NCBI GenBank assembly: GCA_012295275.1
Contig: CM022670.1
Location: 34,658,001-34,722,000 of the forward strand
Source of the DNA: Chrysomallon squamiferum
Taxonomy: Eukaryota; Animalia; Mollusca
Reading direction: 5' to 3'
DNA length: 64,000 bases
Numbering within the stretch: position 1 is the first letter of the stretch; each line of letters begins with the position of its first letter. Below, in pieces: positions 26,401 through 41,700 of this stretch. A program made the translations under genes and the position numbers. The notes beneath the pieces were generated by a model. The model was not told the DNA's origin. It saw only the letters and a program-made list of their open reading frames with translations, and did no database searches.

Positions 26401-29015
26401 TGAGATGGCTGATGACCGTTGTGTTCCAGTTGTTTTTAACAAGCCAATTGTACAGCAGCATTTGTAGCCACATCTAGATTTGTTGGTCCCTTGGTGATGT
26501 AGAAAGCTTCGAGGACAATCACCGGGAATTAATGTTGTTGTTATTTTACTGACTTTGTTTCCCATTAACAATTGATCATTAATTTGGGGTGTCCAAATTA
26601 CATTTGTGATAGTCTTAATCTGCACGACTGTTGTCTTCATTTTCAAAAACTGTCTCTGTAACCTTTCATAATGACATCATGGTCAGTGTTTCCCAATTCT
26701 TGAGGCAAATTTGAAAATTTATGGGCCTTACAAACTTAGTAAAGTGATTAACCGTGATTCACATAGTTCTGTTTTTTTTCATTTACTGTTCCAGCCATCA
26801 GAATAGAAAGCATACTGTTTTTAACTGAAATGAATTTTTTTACTGATTTCATTTAAAAGAAGAAATGTTTAGGGATAATATTTGTACTTTGATTTGATTC
26901 AGAACACTTTAAGACAACATTTAGTAACATCCGAAGGAAATCCTATTTAAAATAAACATATAATAAGAATAATTTATTATTTAAAGACTTAAAGGAAATG
27001 AATATCTATGAATATGAGATTGTCCATTATGTGACACAAATAAATTGTTTCAGCTTTATAAAGATACATGAAGAATTGTTTTTCTTTTTTCACAGGATAT
27101 TATCATTTTTTAGTTTTTCCTGTAATGTTATATCTATCCTTGTAAATATTTGAAGTAATCAATTTCTGATTAGAGAAAATGAAAACTGGATGACTATCAT
27201 TACTTTTACATAAGAAAAGCAATGAGCAATGATGACATAGACTACATGTAATTATTTTTTAGGTTTAATAATTACTATCATTTTGACAGCATAGAATATT
27301 GATTACTTGTCAGAGATATTCTTTTATTCCTGAATTTGGTATAATTACCTTATTCCAGAATTAAAATAATAATAATAATTATACAGAAATAAGACAAATT
27401 ACCTCTGTAAAGTAATTACATTAGCAGCTTTAGCTAAACTCAAATCCTGTATTGATCGAATACTAATGATGATGAAACTTTTGTGCCAAGAGTTCCATTG
27501 TCCTCCATTATAAGATTAAGCTAGTTTCTCCTATCTCAGGAGACCCCAAATCTCAGTATTTTGTCTTTATTCTTTCTTCATTATGATGCATCACAGAACT
27601 TCTAAATCTGATTCTGTTGTCATTTGTTTTCCAGTGGAACATCGTCAGTATTTCAGGGGTTAAAAGTTTTAATATACTACTGAATGCTTTTATTTGATAA
27701 AAGGTCCATACATAGTTTGGACTGCTATTTTTGTTTACTTAGAAGCTAACTGAAAGGTTAGAATCTGCCAGAACTCATGATTTTGAGATCTACGTATAAA
27801 CCAGTAAATGTGGCAATGATAATGAAAATTACTTTTTGTGTGTGTGTATGTGTGTGTGTGTGTGTGCTGATATACAATATGTTAGCTGATAAATAACATG
27901 GGTGTTTTGGAAGAGTAATTAGTTGATGTTGATGTTGATCATGGCAAGTAATTAACCTATCTAAAATTGAACCTGTGAAACAATTATATCCTGTTCTATT
28001 TCCATTTCTAGACTTTTTATTCATTAAAATATTCTATTTTATTATTATTATTATTTTTTTTTTACATCAAATTCTATTTTTCAGATTATTGATGAAATTT
28101 TTTTCTAGATCTTTCTGTTCTTTTTTAAAATTTCAATTAAAATATTTTTTCTATTTTATTATTATTATTTATTATTTATTTTTTTTTTTTTTTTTATTCA
28201 TTTATTCATTTATTTAGATTGTTGTGGTCATTGTTGGAGATGTTTTGTGGTTAAATGTGGTGTTTGTGATACTTGCAGGTGGAGAATGTGAAACTGTTAG
28301 ATCGATTCAATGCACGCAACCCTGCTATTGGCACTCTTTATCTGACGACAACTCATCTCATATTTGTTGACAATGCTGGCAAAAAAGAAACATGGGTAAG
28401 TAGAAGACTATTCACTAATTAGGTGTATCACAAAATCCAATACTAAAAAAGGTTATTATTTCAACATAATCACTGACATTTTCCACTGTGTGTGTGTGAT
28501 TGTGTGTGTTGGTATTTTGTAATCCACAATCATTGTAATATTTATACAAATTTGGCATCATGTTTGTAGATATTTTATTATAAAGTATGACAATGTTAGT
28601 TAGAAAGCAAAAAAAAAAAAGCTTTTTTTTTCAAAATAAAGGAGAATTTTTTTTTTTAAATTTAAAAAATTTAATAAGCCCATTACAAAGCATGATTCTG
28701 CAAAACATCAATTCAGAAGAAAAAAAAAAAAAAATCTATTTCTAATTTTTTTTCATACATTTTATAGATGTGCTTGCAGAAACTTCATTTGATGTAAATT
28801 TAAATTTTTTCTTAATGTCTCTTCCGGTAACTTTCAAAGATAATTGTTCCTGTTCAGTATTTGTGTAAAGTGAAAAATGGATGTATTTTTAAAACTGATT
28901 TATAATAATTAAAATGGAAATGATATTCCAGTAAGTAACAGTAAAAAATAAAAGAGGAAATTTGCACCAGTGGAATAAATTTATTAAAATGCTTTTTAAA
29001 TTGATAACATTTTAA

Positions 29016-29083
<68 letters not shown>

Positions 29084-29144
29084 TAATATGATACTTTTTC
29101 AGATAAGTTAATTTTTTACAATTTCCTTTAATGTTTTTTATTAC

Positions 29145-29187
<43 letters not shown>

Positions 29188-29719
29188 TTCAACTGTCCTA
29201 AAATATTTAGTTCTATTTGAAATACAGGGAATTAAATTAGTTTTTCACTGTATTGTTGTACTAGTATATAGTAATTTTTTAAGTGCATTTCCAAGACTTA
29301 TGCTATTGACCAGCCTTTTCTTCTTAGCTAATTCAGTAGCAGAATTTCTCTAGATCATAAATACCCTGAACTTTTTTTCTCCATCATAAAATGTCAGAAC
29401 GCTGTAACTTAATTCTTTGGAAATGTTTTATTCATGAATCTTCTTTTTTTCAAATGGACATCTAAATGATAAAAATCAATCTGATTTTATTTTTTCCCCC
29501 CAGTGGTAACATCAGTACATCTTGTCGATACTGCATTTATTTGTCTAGACAAGCTAAGAGTGATAATTCGTATCTTGAAGCTGAGGATGGTCATTAACTT
29601 CATCAATGCCATATCATTTGGCTGGACTAACCTATATTAAGATCTGGGAATTCTTCATCTTGTGTGACTGATTATCTCAGATCTCATCTAGTTTTGATTT
29701 AGGTTTTTTCTTTCAATCA

Positions 29720-29758
<39 letters not shown>

Positions 29759-30909
29759 ATTTTCAATTTATCATTTGGTGCACTTCTAACAGAGGTGAAA
29801 TTACTTTAATCAGTAACTGAAAACAAGCTGCATTTTTTTTCTTGGAAAAGCTAAAGTGACAATTAAGAGTCTACCACACAAGCTACAGGTTCAGGCTTTC
29901 TCAGAATAAATGTTTGGCCTTTTCCCAGTGCTGCATGATCAGTTTATCAAAGACTGTGATACATTTCCTTCCTGAATGAGAAATGATATATGTAAAAGAT
30001 TCCTTGCTGCTAATTAAAAAAACAACAACCCCAAAACACAATAAAAAACCTGGTTCTCTGTGGCATCTTGTACCTCCTTAATCATATATCATTATGTCAT
30101 ATAATAGTAGACAAAACATATATTGAATACACAGTACATTATTAAATTTATTAAATAAAACATATCTTTCTTCATTCTTGGAAAAACTTTTTAAAAAAGT
30201 CTCAGTTTTAGGGATTTATTTCCTAGTTCTGAAAATTGATATTATTTTCTGTTCCAGAGTATTACCAAGTTTAATTTAATTTCTCAGTCATCCAGTCAGA
30301 TGTGTTTAGTTCTGAAGCCAGATCTTGGCATTTGTTTCAAAAACTGTTGACTCTGCCTGCTGAATTGGTATCATTTATCAGGACAGAAACAGTTTGTTCA
30401 CATATCAAGCAGATGAGAAAAGAGAGTGAATGTGTCAGTGTTACATGTTGTGTTACTGCCAAGATCTGTCTTGTCTGGTCATTAATCATTACCCTGAATT
30501 GATTGTTTGGAATTCCTTTAATCAGGGATTGGCCAGATACCACTAGACTCGGAGAAAAATAAGGTCATCCTGACTCATGCAGTCTTTGACTTTTGTCTTC
30601 TACCTTTTATTATTTTTCACATTAAGCATTCAAATGATGCAGATAAAAATGATTTGTTTGTGTCAGAAAGCTAATTTTTTAAAATATCAATGACAGAATC
30701 AAAGGTTTTAGCTCAGAGATTCAAAAGCCTTCAGTAAAAAACAAGATACCGAGTGATATTTTTAGTGTTCAGTTATGTTCTAAAAGATTGAAAGATTTTA
30801 TGGAATCAAACATCATTCCTTTGTTGTTTTTTATATTATATTCATCTGAGATTTGGAGTAATATATATAGTTACAATCCAGTTCATCTCCAACAACAACA
30901 ACAACAACA

Positions 30910-30956
<47 letters not shown>

Positions 30957-32723
30957 ATGAAATTAAATTAAATTTTGGCAAAAAACAAAACAGATAAATA
31001 TCTGAACTTAAAATCATTAATTATAAAACATTAATAAGCACTGAATTACCAAACAAATTAAACAATTTTTTTTGAATTTAAAACCTGATAATTTATTATG
31101 ATAAACAGTTCATATCTTTAGCAGTTTGGGGGATGGATGGGGAATGAGTGGGAGCAGAAGGACAAACTTTTAACAAAAGATATGTTTTCTGTTTATTACT
31201 GAACAGCTTTGATTAATTTGTATTACTCCCCAGTAATTTCTCTCTTATCTACATATTGGCCTTTACCTCATTTCAAGAGTAATGATTATAATGATGTGCT
31301 GGGGAGTTGCATGCAACCAGTCCAGTTTTTTTTCTCTTCTCCTTTATTTGTGTGCCCAGCAGGAATTGATTTTGATTTTCTGTCTTGAAAATTAATGCTT
31401 ACCAATACCACTTGATTGATTTGGTTTACAAGTAAGGTTAACTTGTCTGTCATGATATATACAAGACTTGCATTGTAAAATGGGTTTCATTTGTTACAAA
31501 AGAAAATGCTTTTAGTGAAAAGGTATCAGCATAGAAACATAAAAGATTACTTCATTAAGTTTAATGCTCTGGATGAGATCAGTGTTTTCTAGCTATTGTG
31601 TTTTGCTGGCGACTGAACTTTTAAAGTTATTTCATTTTGCAGCTGAATGTCTGATGGATCTGTCTGTCCATCATGGCTGATCCATTAAGTCACTTATTGT
31701 TATGTCTGGGTTTTCTATATTATATCTACATTTTATATTCTTTGTTGAATATTTCCCTTTTATGGGGACATATAATTTTTATTATTATTATTATTATTAT
31801 TTAGTTATTTCTTATTTAAGTAAAATGTAATAACAAAAACAGCAGCACCAGCTGCTACTACTTCTGTTATTACTAGTACTGCTGCTGCTACTGCTACTGC
31901 TACTACTATTGTAATTATTATCACTAATATCATCATCATCATCATCATCATCACTATTATTATTGTAATACACACATATAATAATTATAAAAGGAAAAGG
32001 AAGGAAGTCTTTCTACAATTCTTTCTGATTCTGCATGTATGTCTGATATCACACAATTCAGTACTGGTAACAGAATGTCATAGACTTTATTAAAATGATC
32101 ACTGTAAATTTAATTCCGTTGGAAATCTGGTTAATTATACACATGGTCGCTTTTGATACAGTGAACAGACTCCTATTGAGTTACTTCGAACAGCCTGTCT
32201 CCAGAGAGCTGGTGTACTTTGTAATAAGTGATGTAAAAATGCCCTGATCATGACAAAACGGGAGCTCTGAGCCTCTGATATTGACTCTTCATGTCTTACT
32301 CTGGACAGATTGTCTGATTATGTCTAAATAGAGCCACTTAGATTTGTTCCACCAAAGCTTGTTGGAGTTAGCCATGCTGTCCAAACATTCCTTCCACTCT
32401 TATTTAAGTTAATGGATTCAGAACGAAACTGTGTTTTTTTCCGTTGTTCAAGACTTGGTTAGATATTACTTTTCTAAACAGCTTTGATGTGAAATATCAG
32501 TGACATTTTGAATATAACAGGAGATGATTAAATTTAATAAAATGAAGTGTAGGCACAGTTAATATACATCTGCGTTTCAATACCTTTAATGGTTATATGT
32601 CTGCATCAGTTTCATTTGAAGTTTTAGCCGTTAAAATTGTTCCCTAGACACAATGTTTTATATTCATGTGCTAGTTTTATTGTTTCATTCTCTTGATTGA
32701 ATTTTATTTTATTTTATGTTATT

Positions 32724-32754
<31 letters not shown>

Positions 32755-35700
32755 TAGCTCTTGTAATCACAGTAGTGTGAATAGAGATATTCTTTCAGCA
32801 CATGATAATGGATAACCCACAAATTATAAACTGTTTGCAGTTCTGTCACACATTTGATTGCCAGCATTTCCTTTTAACAGAACAGATCATGAAAGAAATG
32901 ATGTGGGCACAATTTTTCAATTTATAGGAACCCTAGCACTTTAGTGTAGTTCCTGAGGATTATTATAATCAAAAAAAAAAAAAAAAAAATTTATTAACAC
33001 TATTCATGGTCTATTTCAGATTTAGTTGTCAGTCAGGATTGAAAAATATTAATTTCTCTGATGCTGTCGCTGACAGGATTCCTGTTTATGTGCCCTTCAA
33101 CTGCAGACTTGGTGCTTAATCCACATATTCATACATGCAATCTGGAAGCAGAGGGTTCATTAATTTTCAGATTGAAACTCCCTTTGGTACATTGAGTCCA
33201 GTGCCCTGGAGAAACACTTTATTTGATTTGTGTCGGGTAAATGTCAATACTGTCGTCTGTGTGAATGTGTCAGTTTGAAATAAATATCTTCGTTCATTCT
33301 ATAGTCAAAGTTTTGTGTCTTTGATATTCTCTGTTACGTCAGTATACTGATGAAATAAATATTTTTCACTGCAGCAGTAATGTTTGTGTATTTAATTTGC
33401 TATTCACAATATAAAGAGAAAAAATACAACAACAATGGGTTCATAATTTTTGTTTTATTATAATGATGATAGTAACAGCAGCTATTATGTTTTTATTCAT
33501 TTTTTTATAAATTTATTTATTTATTATTATTATTTTTTTTTTTTTCTGCCAGTTTATTAAAAACAATTTAGAATAATGTTAAACTGTTTTCAAACAATTT
33601 TATAAAAAAAAATTGAAATAGCTTCTTTCGGATACACTGACATTTAACAAATATGCATTGAATTAATGTTAAAATTTAAATAAGTCATTAATTAATTAAA
33701 TAAGCATTATTCGTTGTATTTATTTATTACAGTTGTCGAATCTGTTTTTTTACTTTAATAAAATTAATCAGCTTGAAGAAGTAGCTGATAGTTAATGAAT
33801 GTGCTGATCTGACATTACAAAGAAACGTCATTCAAGTGCTGGAATTTATTAATATTAATTCTTGTTTTTTTAAATATACCAGAAGTAATATTATTCTTCA
33901 TCATAACCTTGTCTATTAATGTCTTGGATTGGTGTTTTGAATTTTATTTTTGGAATGTCTGGTTCTTGTTGATTGAGAAGTATATAATGTTGTCTAACCA
34001 TGTTCCAGTTACAAAAGGCTATAATTAGAAACTAAAACATTTTAGTAATAGGACACAGTGTATAATGTTACTACAGATATGTAAAGACTTCAACTGACTG
34101 ATGTGAAAATAATTATTAGCTGTAATATAAAAAAAAAAAAAAAAACTCTATAAATAGTTTGTTGTGTTTGAAAATAAGTAAATAAATGAAAATAAAGAAC
34201 TGAATTTTTACCTATTACCTTGATAGCTGTTTAAAACCCTAAGATGGCATTTTGTTCATGGAGACCTTTTAATGCAGAACTGACCGTGAAGTGTGACAAC
34301 TGCTGGATGAAGCACTTTTTGATAATAAACAAAACACAACAACAACAATCAAAAACAAAACAAACTGAAAAACACTCCCCGAATGTTTTTCAGCCATATT
34401 TTATTCTCGTGCATTGTTAACAGAAAATTTTGATTGGTGTTAATTTTGCTTTTAATTTTGTACATGCATTGCTATTGATTTTTCTTTCTATTACTTAGAT
34501 CAGCAGAAAATAATGTCGAAAACATTTCCTCTTGCACATGCATCATGAAATGCATTACTCTGGATCATTGTATTAATGTTTGTGTTGTCCACAGCCCATT
34601 TTAATTTAAAGTCACAGTTAGTTGGTCCACTTCATCATCATCACTGCAGATTTCAGTTTGTGCATTTCTGCATGCATTTCTATTTTATATATAGAACAGA
34701 TTATTGACAGCCAGTCAGATCATTTTCATTTTTCTTTTTTGCTCTTACCTTAATAAGCTTTCTGCAAATAACACTACTTGCTCCAGCTATTTCTGGCACT
34801 TTTGACAATTGTTCTTGTTGCTGTCTAGATTGCATGATGGAGAAATGAGGACGAAACTATTCATTGATTTTTGTTTTTGTACATAAAGCCAACTGTGACC
34901 CACACAGTGTGTGAAAAATTAGTTTCAATACCAGAAGGCCTAATTACACACACAGTATGGAAAATTAGTTTTTACAAATAAAATCATGATCTCTGCAGAG
35001 AAATGTTAGCTCATTTGGAAAAGAGAAGAGCTTGTTCTTTCTTTTTGTTGTATTATTATTTATTTATTTAATTATTTATTTATTTATTTTTATTATTATT
35101 ATTTTTTTATCACTGTTTATTTTGTTTGGAGGGAAATGGAACCTAATTTGACATTTTTGATCCATTTCAAAATTACTGGTTTTTCAAATGATACACAGAC
35201 AAGTTGACACTTGATATTTAATTCACAACTGTTTTCAATCAGGCTGAAATTATTTCTTAAATTTGTGAAGTGACTTCTGATAACAAATACAAATTGATGT
35301 TTCTGAAATTGTGATTATTTTTCATCTCTTAACAAGTTAGAATAATAAGTTTATTTTCATCACATGAGATTTATCTCTGGATTTTTACTGTCATTTTCAT
35401 TTCACAAGTGCCTGATAAGAAGTTAAGTTATAAATTTTTTATTTTTTTATTTTTTTTGTTCCTCTCCTTTTTCTTTATTCTTTTTTTTTTCCTAAGGGAT
35501 TTGAGAAAATCTTCTTTCATTTTCTCAGAGAATGTTTTTTTTGTTCAGTAGCTTTGGTGAAGTAAGTATATTAATTGATCATGAAATAGGCTCTTCTAAG
35601 AAGTGTTTGTATTTTATCAGAAATTGTCAGATTTCTAGAAACATGATCTAAAATACTGCAACCAAGTACTAAGCTTGATGATTGCTATATTTTGCTGAAG

Positions 35701-38700
35701 AATTCTTTGTTGTATATATTTCTATTGTTGACAAGATGTATAAAATGTTTACAAGAAGGACATCATTATTTTCACTTTGCCTCTGGCATTCTGTCTTCAT
35801 GCCTGTCATTTTCACATTTCAGTGGATTATTGTGCTTTCATCTCTGAATATGTCTTGATAAGAAAGTAAAACTGAAATCAAGTGAAATAAATTATTTAGT
35901 GCAAAATAATCACAGCCAATAATTTTCTTTTTCTGTCATTATTTACTATTTTCTATTTTTTTTTATTGATGTCATAGAATAAAACATTGTTCAGAGTGAT
36001 TCACTAAATATTAAGAAGCATAAGAAGATACTTATTCAACAAAATGGATTAAAAAGAAAAATAATAGATAACAAAGAATTTAAAGAAAGATAATTATTTC
36101 TAAAGGTTGAGATAATTTTCAGTTTTTTTCTTCTTTTTTTATGGAATCACCTAATCAACATTATATTTATAATTTTTATTTCATTAGAGCTTATTTGTGT
36201 GAAATTGCTTTTCAGTTGTCATTATTGTTATTATTTATTTATTTTGTTTTTGTTTATAACTAATGAAAGGAATGTACAAGATGTTTTTAGCTTGTAAGCA
36301 CTGGAAACATGAATGTAGAAAAGAGAGAGGACAAATATTTGCTTCAGGACATATTAACAAGATTCTGTACAAGTAAATCTATAAGACGGAGACTTCATAA
36401 TAGAATTTACTTCCATTAAAAATTAAACATGGTAGATTTACTAAATGACTGATATATCGGTTATTTGTAATCAATCTTCTAATCTTTCTGATGTAAACTG
36501 GGTCAAATTATTCATTCTTTTTATTGTATTAACCTGAATACTCTGCTTTTTAACTCATTCTCTATCTGACAGAAATGTAAATTTATATTGCCGATGCTAA
36601 TAATATTCCATTCCTATTAATATAATAATTTTTCTCTGAAACGGTTTTACAGGATTGATTTTACCATTTGTGAGAACAGTTTCTAAATGCATCAGAAATT
36701 TTTATATTAAATCATCCTTTTTCTGTTTTTCCTATTACCTCTTTTCTTCGTTGTTTTTTTTTTCTCTTTTATTTTTGTTCACCCTCTTCTCCTTAAATGT
36801 AATTTGTTAAGACAAGCTTAGAAGCCTTAATTCTAATAGAAATTTCATGCTTGAAGGTTTTCTGCATTGATTATCACGTTCACAGATGATTTTTGTTTGT
36901 GGACTCACATCATTTTTCATGGTACAAACTAAATACTTTACTAAAATATCATTACTGGGCTTTTAGTGTTCCATCCCATGTTTACCAAACCCAGCTAGAG
37001 GCCTTTTTTTCTATCAGAGATGTAAACAACATTTAGCAAATGTATCACTGACTTTTTGTGTCAGCATGCAGTAATAAGTTTGAATTATCCTGGCGGACAT
37101 TTCTTCTCAATTAAAACAGTTCTGTGTAAATACCAAGACAGCAGGGAATTGATTAAGGACTGACTGAATAGGAATTTTGTTTGTCATTAACCGGTGGAGT
37201 GTGTCATTTCATGTTTGAATTAAAGTTATTACAAAATGCTTCAATGCTTTATTCATTCTTTAGCAAACAGCTATGTTTGTCAATTGTGTTGTGACATACA
37301 GTCACAGTCTGCTCTTTTTTAAATCATATTATTCCTATCAATATAACTGTACTGAAAAATAAACTACATATCTATCTGTTTTATTGATCAGCTGCATTTT
37401 TTTCTTCTGTTATTGTTGTTTTCTGTTTCTTTCTTTGTCGTAATTATTATTTACATCTGTATGTTTGTGAAAAAAAGGACTTGTTTTTCATTAATCATAT
37501 TTATAATGGAATATAAAACAAACCAATAGCATAATTTTTATATATATGTATTTCAGATTCTACACATGCATATGGGAACAGTTGAAAAGCTTCCTATCAC
37601 AACAGGGGGATCTCCATTGCAGATTCGCTGCAAAAACTTCATGTCCATCATCTTTGTTATTCCTAGAGAGCGAGACTGTCATGACATCTACACATCTCTG
37701 CAGGAACTTTCTCGGCCAGGTTAGACAAGAGTCTTTAATTCTACAAAAATACAAAAAAATTAAAAACTTCCTAACAGAATAATTGCATGGTCTTCTTAAT
37801 GCACTGATAAACTCAATATTTCATTCAGAACTCCCCACCATGGTGCGTCTGTTGTAATTCTCTTTGAATATTGCAAAGTCTGTAACTCTTCTCTTATTTC
37901 AATCTCCATAATCCTCTTCCTGATCTCTTGGTCATCTCATGAGGCCACTGAGTTTCCAGCTGAGAGCTAACGAAGCAGAATTTTTATGTATCTGTATTTC
38001 TCCAGTGTTCAGTGATATTTTATATCCTTATTACCAAAAGATACTGAAGATCTGTTTACATTTGTTAAACAAAAACTTTTAACTGATATTTTTGGTTATA
38101 TACAAAGATTTTAGTTTTAAATGTTCATGTTAATAAAATGTTGAAAACAAAATTTGCTTTTAGATTTCCATCACAAAGATAATTAAAATTTTATAATATG
38201 AAATTGGATAAATGTGCTGTTGCAGTATAGTTAGTCTTAAGTCTGTTATGTATTTATTACCATTGCCATAATTTCATTTCAGGAAATATAGAAACACTGT
38301 ATGCATTTCATTTCACAATGCCTGACAACACGCCAAAGACTTATGGTTGGGACTTTTTTGACATTCAGACTGAATATCTTAGAATGGGTGTGCCAAATGA
38401 AAACTGGGTTCTCACCAATCTCAACAAGGATTATGAGGTGAAGTGACTTAACTGTTGGATTTACTGATTTGTCATTTTTTCATTGTTCTTTGTTTTGATG
38501 AAATTCCTTTTAAATTCTGATAAGTACTACAAGTAAATTAAGCAGATGCATCTAATGTATGTAATCTTACCTAAATACAAAGATAACTGACCAGTAAAAA
38601 AGTTAATGCTCAAAAACCATGTTTCTATTATATGTAAAAGAAAAATGTTACTGCATCTGGTACGTAAAGGTCATTATACACTTTTCTTTTAAACAGTTGA

Positions 38701-41700
38701 TGCTAGAGATGTTTATTGCTGAAAATACACATAGCACTCATAACTGCAGCAGTAAATTTCTTCTTTTGGACATCATCATTATAACTGCAAAACATAATGT
38801 TGAAAAACCGTTATCAAATAAAATACTTGTTTTACGCATTCACTGATTTATTTATTTTATAACTTAAAAAAAAAAAAAAAAAAAAAAAATTTGACTGGTT
38901 TTAAAAAAATTAATAATATAAATGAATATTTACATTTCAGATGTATAAAACTTGTGTATGTGAATACTTGTTGAAATATAAAGATGAATGTTAACATTTC
39001 AGCTGTGTGATACTTACCCTAGTCTGTTGTATGTTCCTGCGAATGCATCAACCCCTGTCCTGGTTGGAAGTTCAAAGTTCAGGAGTCGAGGACGACTGCC
39101 AACACTTTCATATCTTCACAGGGAAAACCAGGTATGAAAAGAATATTTTTTTATATTATAAATAAAACATGAATGTGTTCATTTTTCTCTCTGACACCAT
39201 TATTAAATTTTAATTTTTTTTATTGATCCGTAACTAATTCATATATTTTGTTTTATTTTTTAAATATTTTTTAGCCACATTTCTTGTGAATTACATTGTA
39301 TCGGAATATTTAACAATTCATCTTGAGGAAGTAGTGCCTCTATTGATCTGCAGCTATTGATTGATATCTGGTAGAAACTGAATATCAATATCTAAGTTAA
39401 GCTGTTAGACACCCACTTACACATCAGTGTTTGAAGAGAAATAACTTTACTATCCATTACCATCACAATTTCAGAGTGGAGATTTTCATTAGCGTAGATG
39501 ATTGCAAGTAATACTGTTATTTAAAGGTACTTTGCATGTGTGTGTAACTATAACAGACAGGTTGCTGGTTATTACACTCTAGAATGGTTTACTGGCAGTC
39601 TGGCTGAACTATTTAATTATCAAGCCCAAAATGTTATCATGCATACTTTGCTTATTAATGGATCTAAAGGGAGAAGTCATATTTGCAAAACCTATAAAAT
39701 TTTGTCTTGTATTTTATTTCACTTTTGTAATTTCATGAAGAATTTATGAACATTTTCAGCCAAGATCACATTATAAGATTACTTCTCTTGGAAAACAGCA
39801 AAATGAACCTCAGCTCACTTCTTGCCAGAACTCGACAGAATAAAATACTCACATATTGATGACTTTCTTGACATTTCGTGAACATACAGCAATTTCCTTG
39901 CTTTTTTTTTACCCCTTCCTTCTTCTTCTTACTATATTTTTATATTCTTTTTCTTCACACTTTTTTTCTTCTAAGATACCAATTTAGTTTTTTCTGTGTT
40001 ATGGAGCCTCGTTTGAGAAATCGATGTTACAATGTCTGCTGTCTTGTAACAAATTGATTTTCCCTTTAAGGGAATGCCTTTAAATGTGGTTATAAAAAAT
40101 TTAAAAAAAAGAGCAATGTTTAACATCAACCCAAATGTCTGATAATTATCAGCTCTTAGTTGTCAGTATATGGTAATTTTAACACATGAACTGCAATCGT
40201 AAGACATTGCCCCAGAAGCAAGGCATTAATTTATTTTCATTTTTTAAAAAAGAATTGTAACATCTTTGAAGTGTATTTTAAAGAGAGAGAGAGAAAGTTA
40301 ATAGTATTTCTTTGAATCACATACAAACAAAGAGCTGGATAAAATTATTAAATAATAACATGATAATATATCTTGTGAGAAAGATCAAAAGCTGAATAAT
40401 TTAATATGGTTACTAATGAAGACTAAGATAAATTCTATTATTATTTTTTTTTTTTTTATTATTATTATTAAAATGCATATTATTACTATAATTTATAATA
40501 TTCTTAAATGTACACAATTTCAAAATGTAAAAAGTATAATGTAATTCTTAATATTTATGAAATAAAAAATTCTTAAAAGTTTTTTATTCCTGTTCTTTGC
40601 TTTAAGAATATTTTGCAATTTCTTTTTTTTTTTTTTTTTTCATTATTACTTTTATACATTTTTGACAGGAAAAAAAAGGAAACTTTAAAAAAAAAAAAAA
40701 AAAAAGAAATTTAATAACTTTATAATGATCTGCTGTCAGAGACAGCCTAGCTTGCTGTGGTTTTTAACCAGAAAGTGTTTGAATGTTTCAGGCTGCCATC
40801 ATGAGGTGCAGTCAGCCCCTGGCAGGCTTCAGTGCCCGGTGTGTGGAAGATGAACAGATGCTTCAAGCTCTGTTAAAAGCCAATCCCAAGTCTAACTACA
40901 TGTATGTGGTGGACACGCGGCCAAAGGTAATTAAATGTCAAACCTTTCTAATGTTAATTTGACCTTGCAGCCATAATTTGTTGATACGCGCGACAGCTCA
41001 TTAACACTTTTGACATAACAATATTCATAACTCTGTTTTGAGTGACGCTTTTGATGTAACAATATTCATAACTTTGTTTTGAGTGACATTATTTTTATTA
41101 AATATACTTATAAGCAGGATTAAACGTCCCTCCTCCTTATAATGAAAAGCTATGTAGGATGAAGACTTGCAATATAATTATCATGGACCATGCTTGTATA
41201 CATGGATTAGACTGAAATATTTACAGTGTAGACATTTTCCTAACATAGCCACTTGTAATAATTATAATGTAGAGTTTAGCAAACAGAATTAAAACCAAAA
41301 TAAAGTGTCACCTTGCAAATAGTTAAGTGTCTGTTTTTCAGACTTATTTAAAATTATTTTTGAAATTCTCTACATATTCTGTTGTATTTTTATCACAAGC
41401 CTGTTAACAGCAAAGTGTTGCACCATTCCTTTATATATATGTGTTTTTATATATATATATTCCTTTATATATATGTATGTATATGTACTGGTATAGAATT
41501 CACTTCCATCAGTGGTTATTGTTCTGTTGACACAGAGTTCGATATCCCTAAGGAACATTAGCTGTTCACGTGGAAAGGATCGGAGCTTGACGTGTATTGT
41601 TAACTAGACTGAATGGAGTCATGATCATGTCAGTGTTTACACTGATAATGAGTGTGCTGAGGCCTAGTGATCTGTTGCCAGGGTTAATTAGTGTGTGAAA

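Noticed and set aside
30319-30468. 12-bp inverted repeat CAGATCTTGGCA / TGCCAAGATCTG (possible MITE)
   Set aside because: No target-site duplication or second copy seen; within chance for a window this size.
34548-34570. AAATGCATTACTCTGG resembling miR-277
   Set aside because: Imperfect match and no convincing hairpin partner.
40977-41000. FVDTR-like peptide echoing the end of exon 6 (possible duplicated exon)
   Set aside because: Preceded by an in-frame TAA and only four residues match; coincidence.
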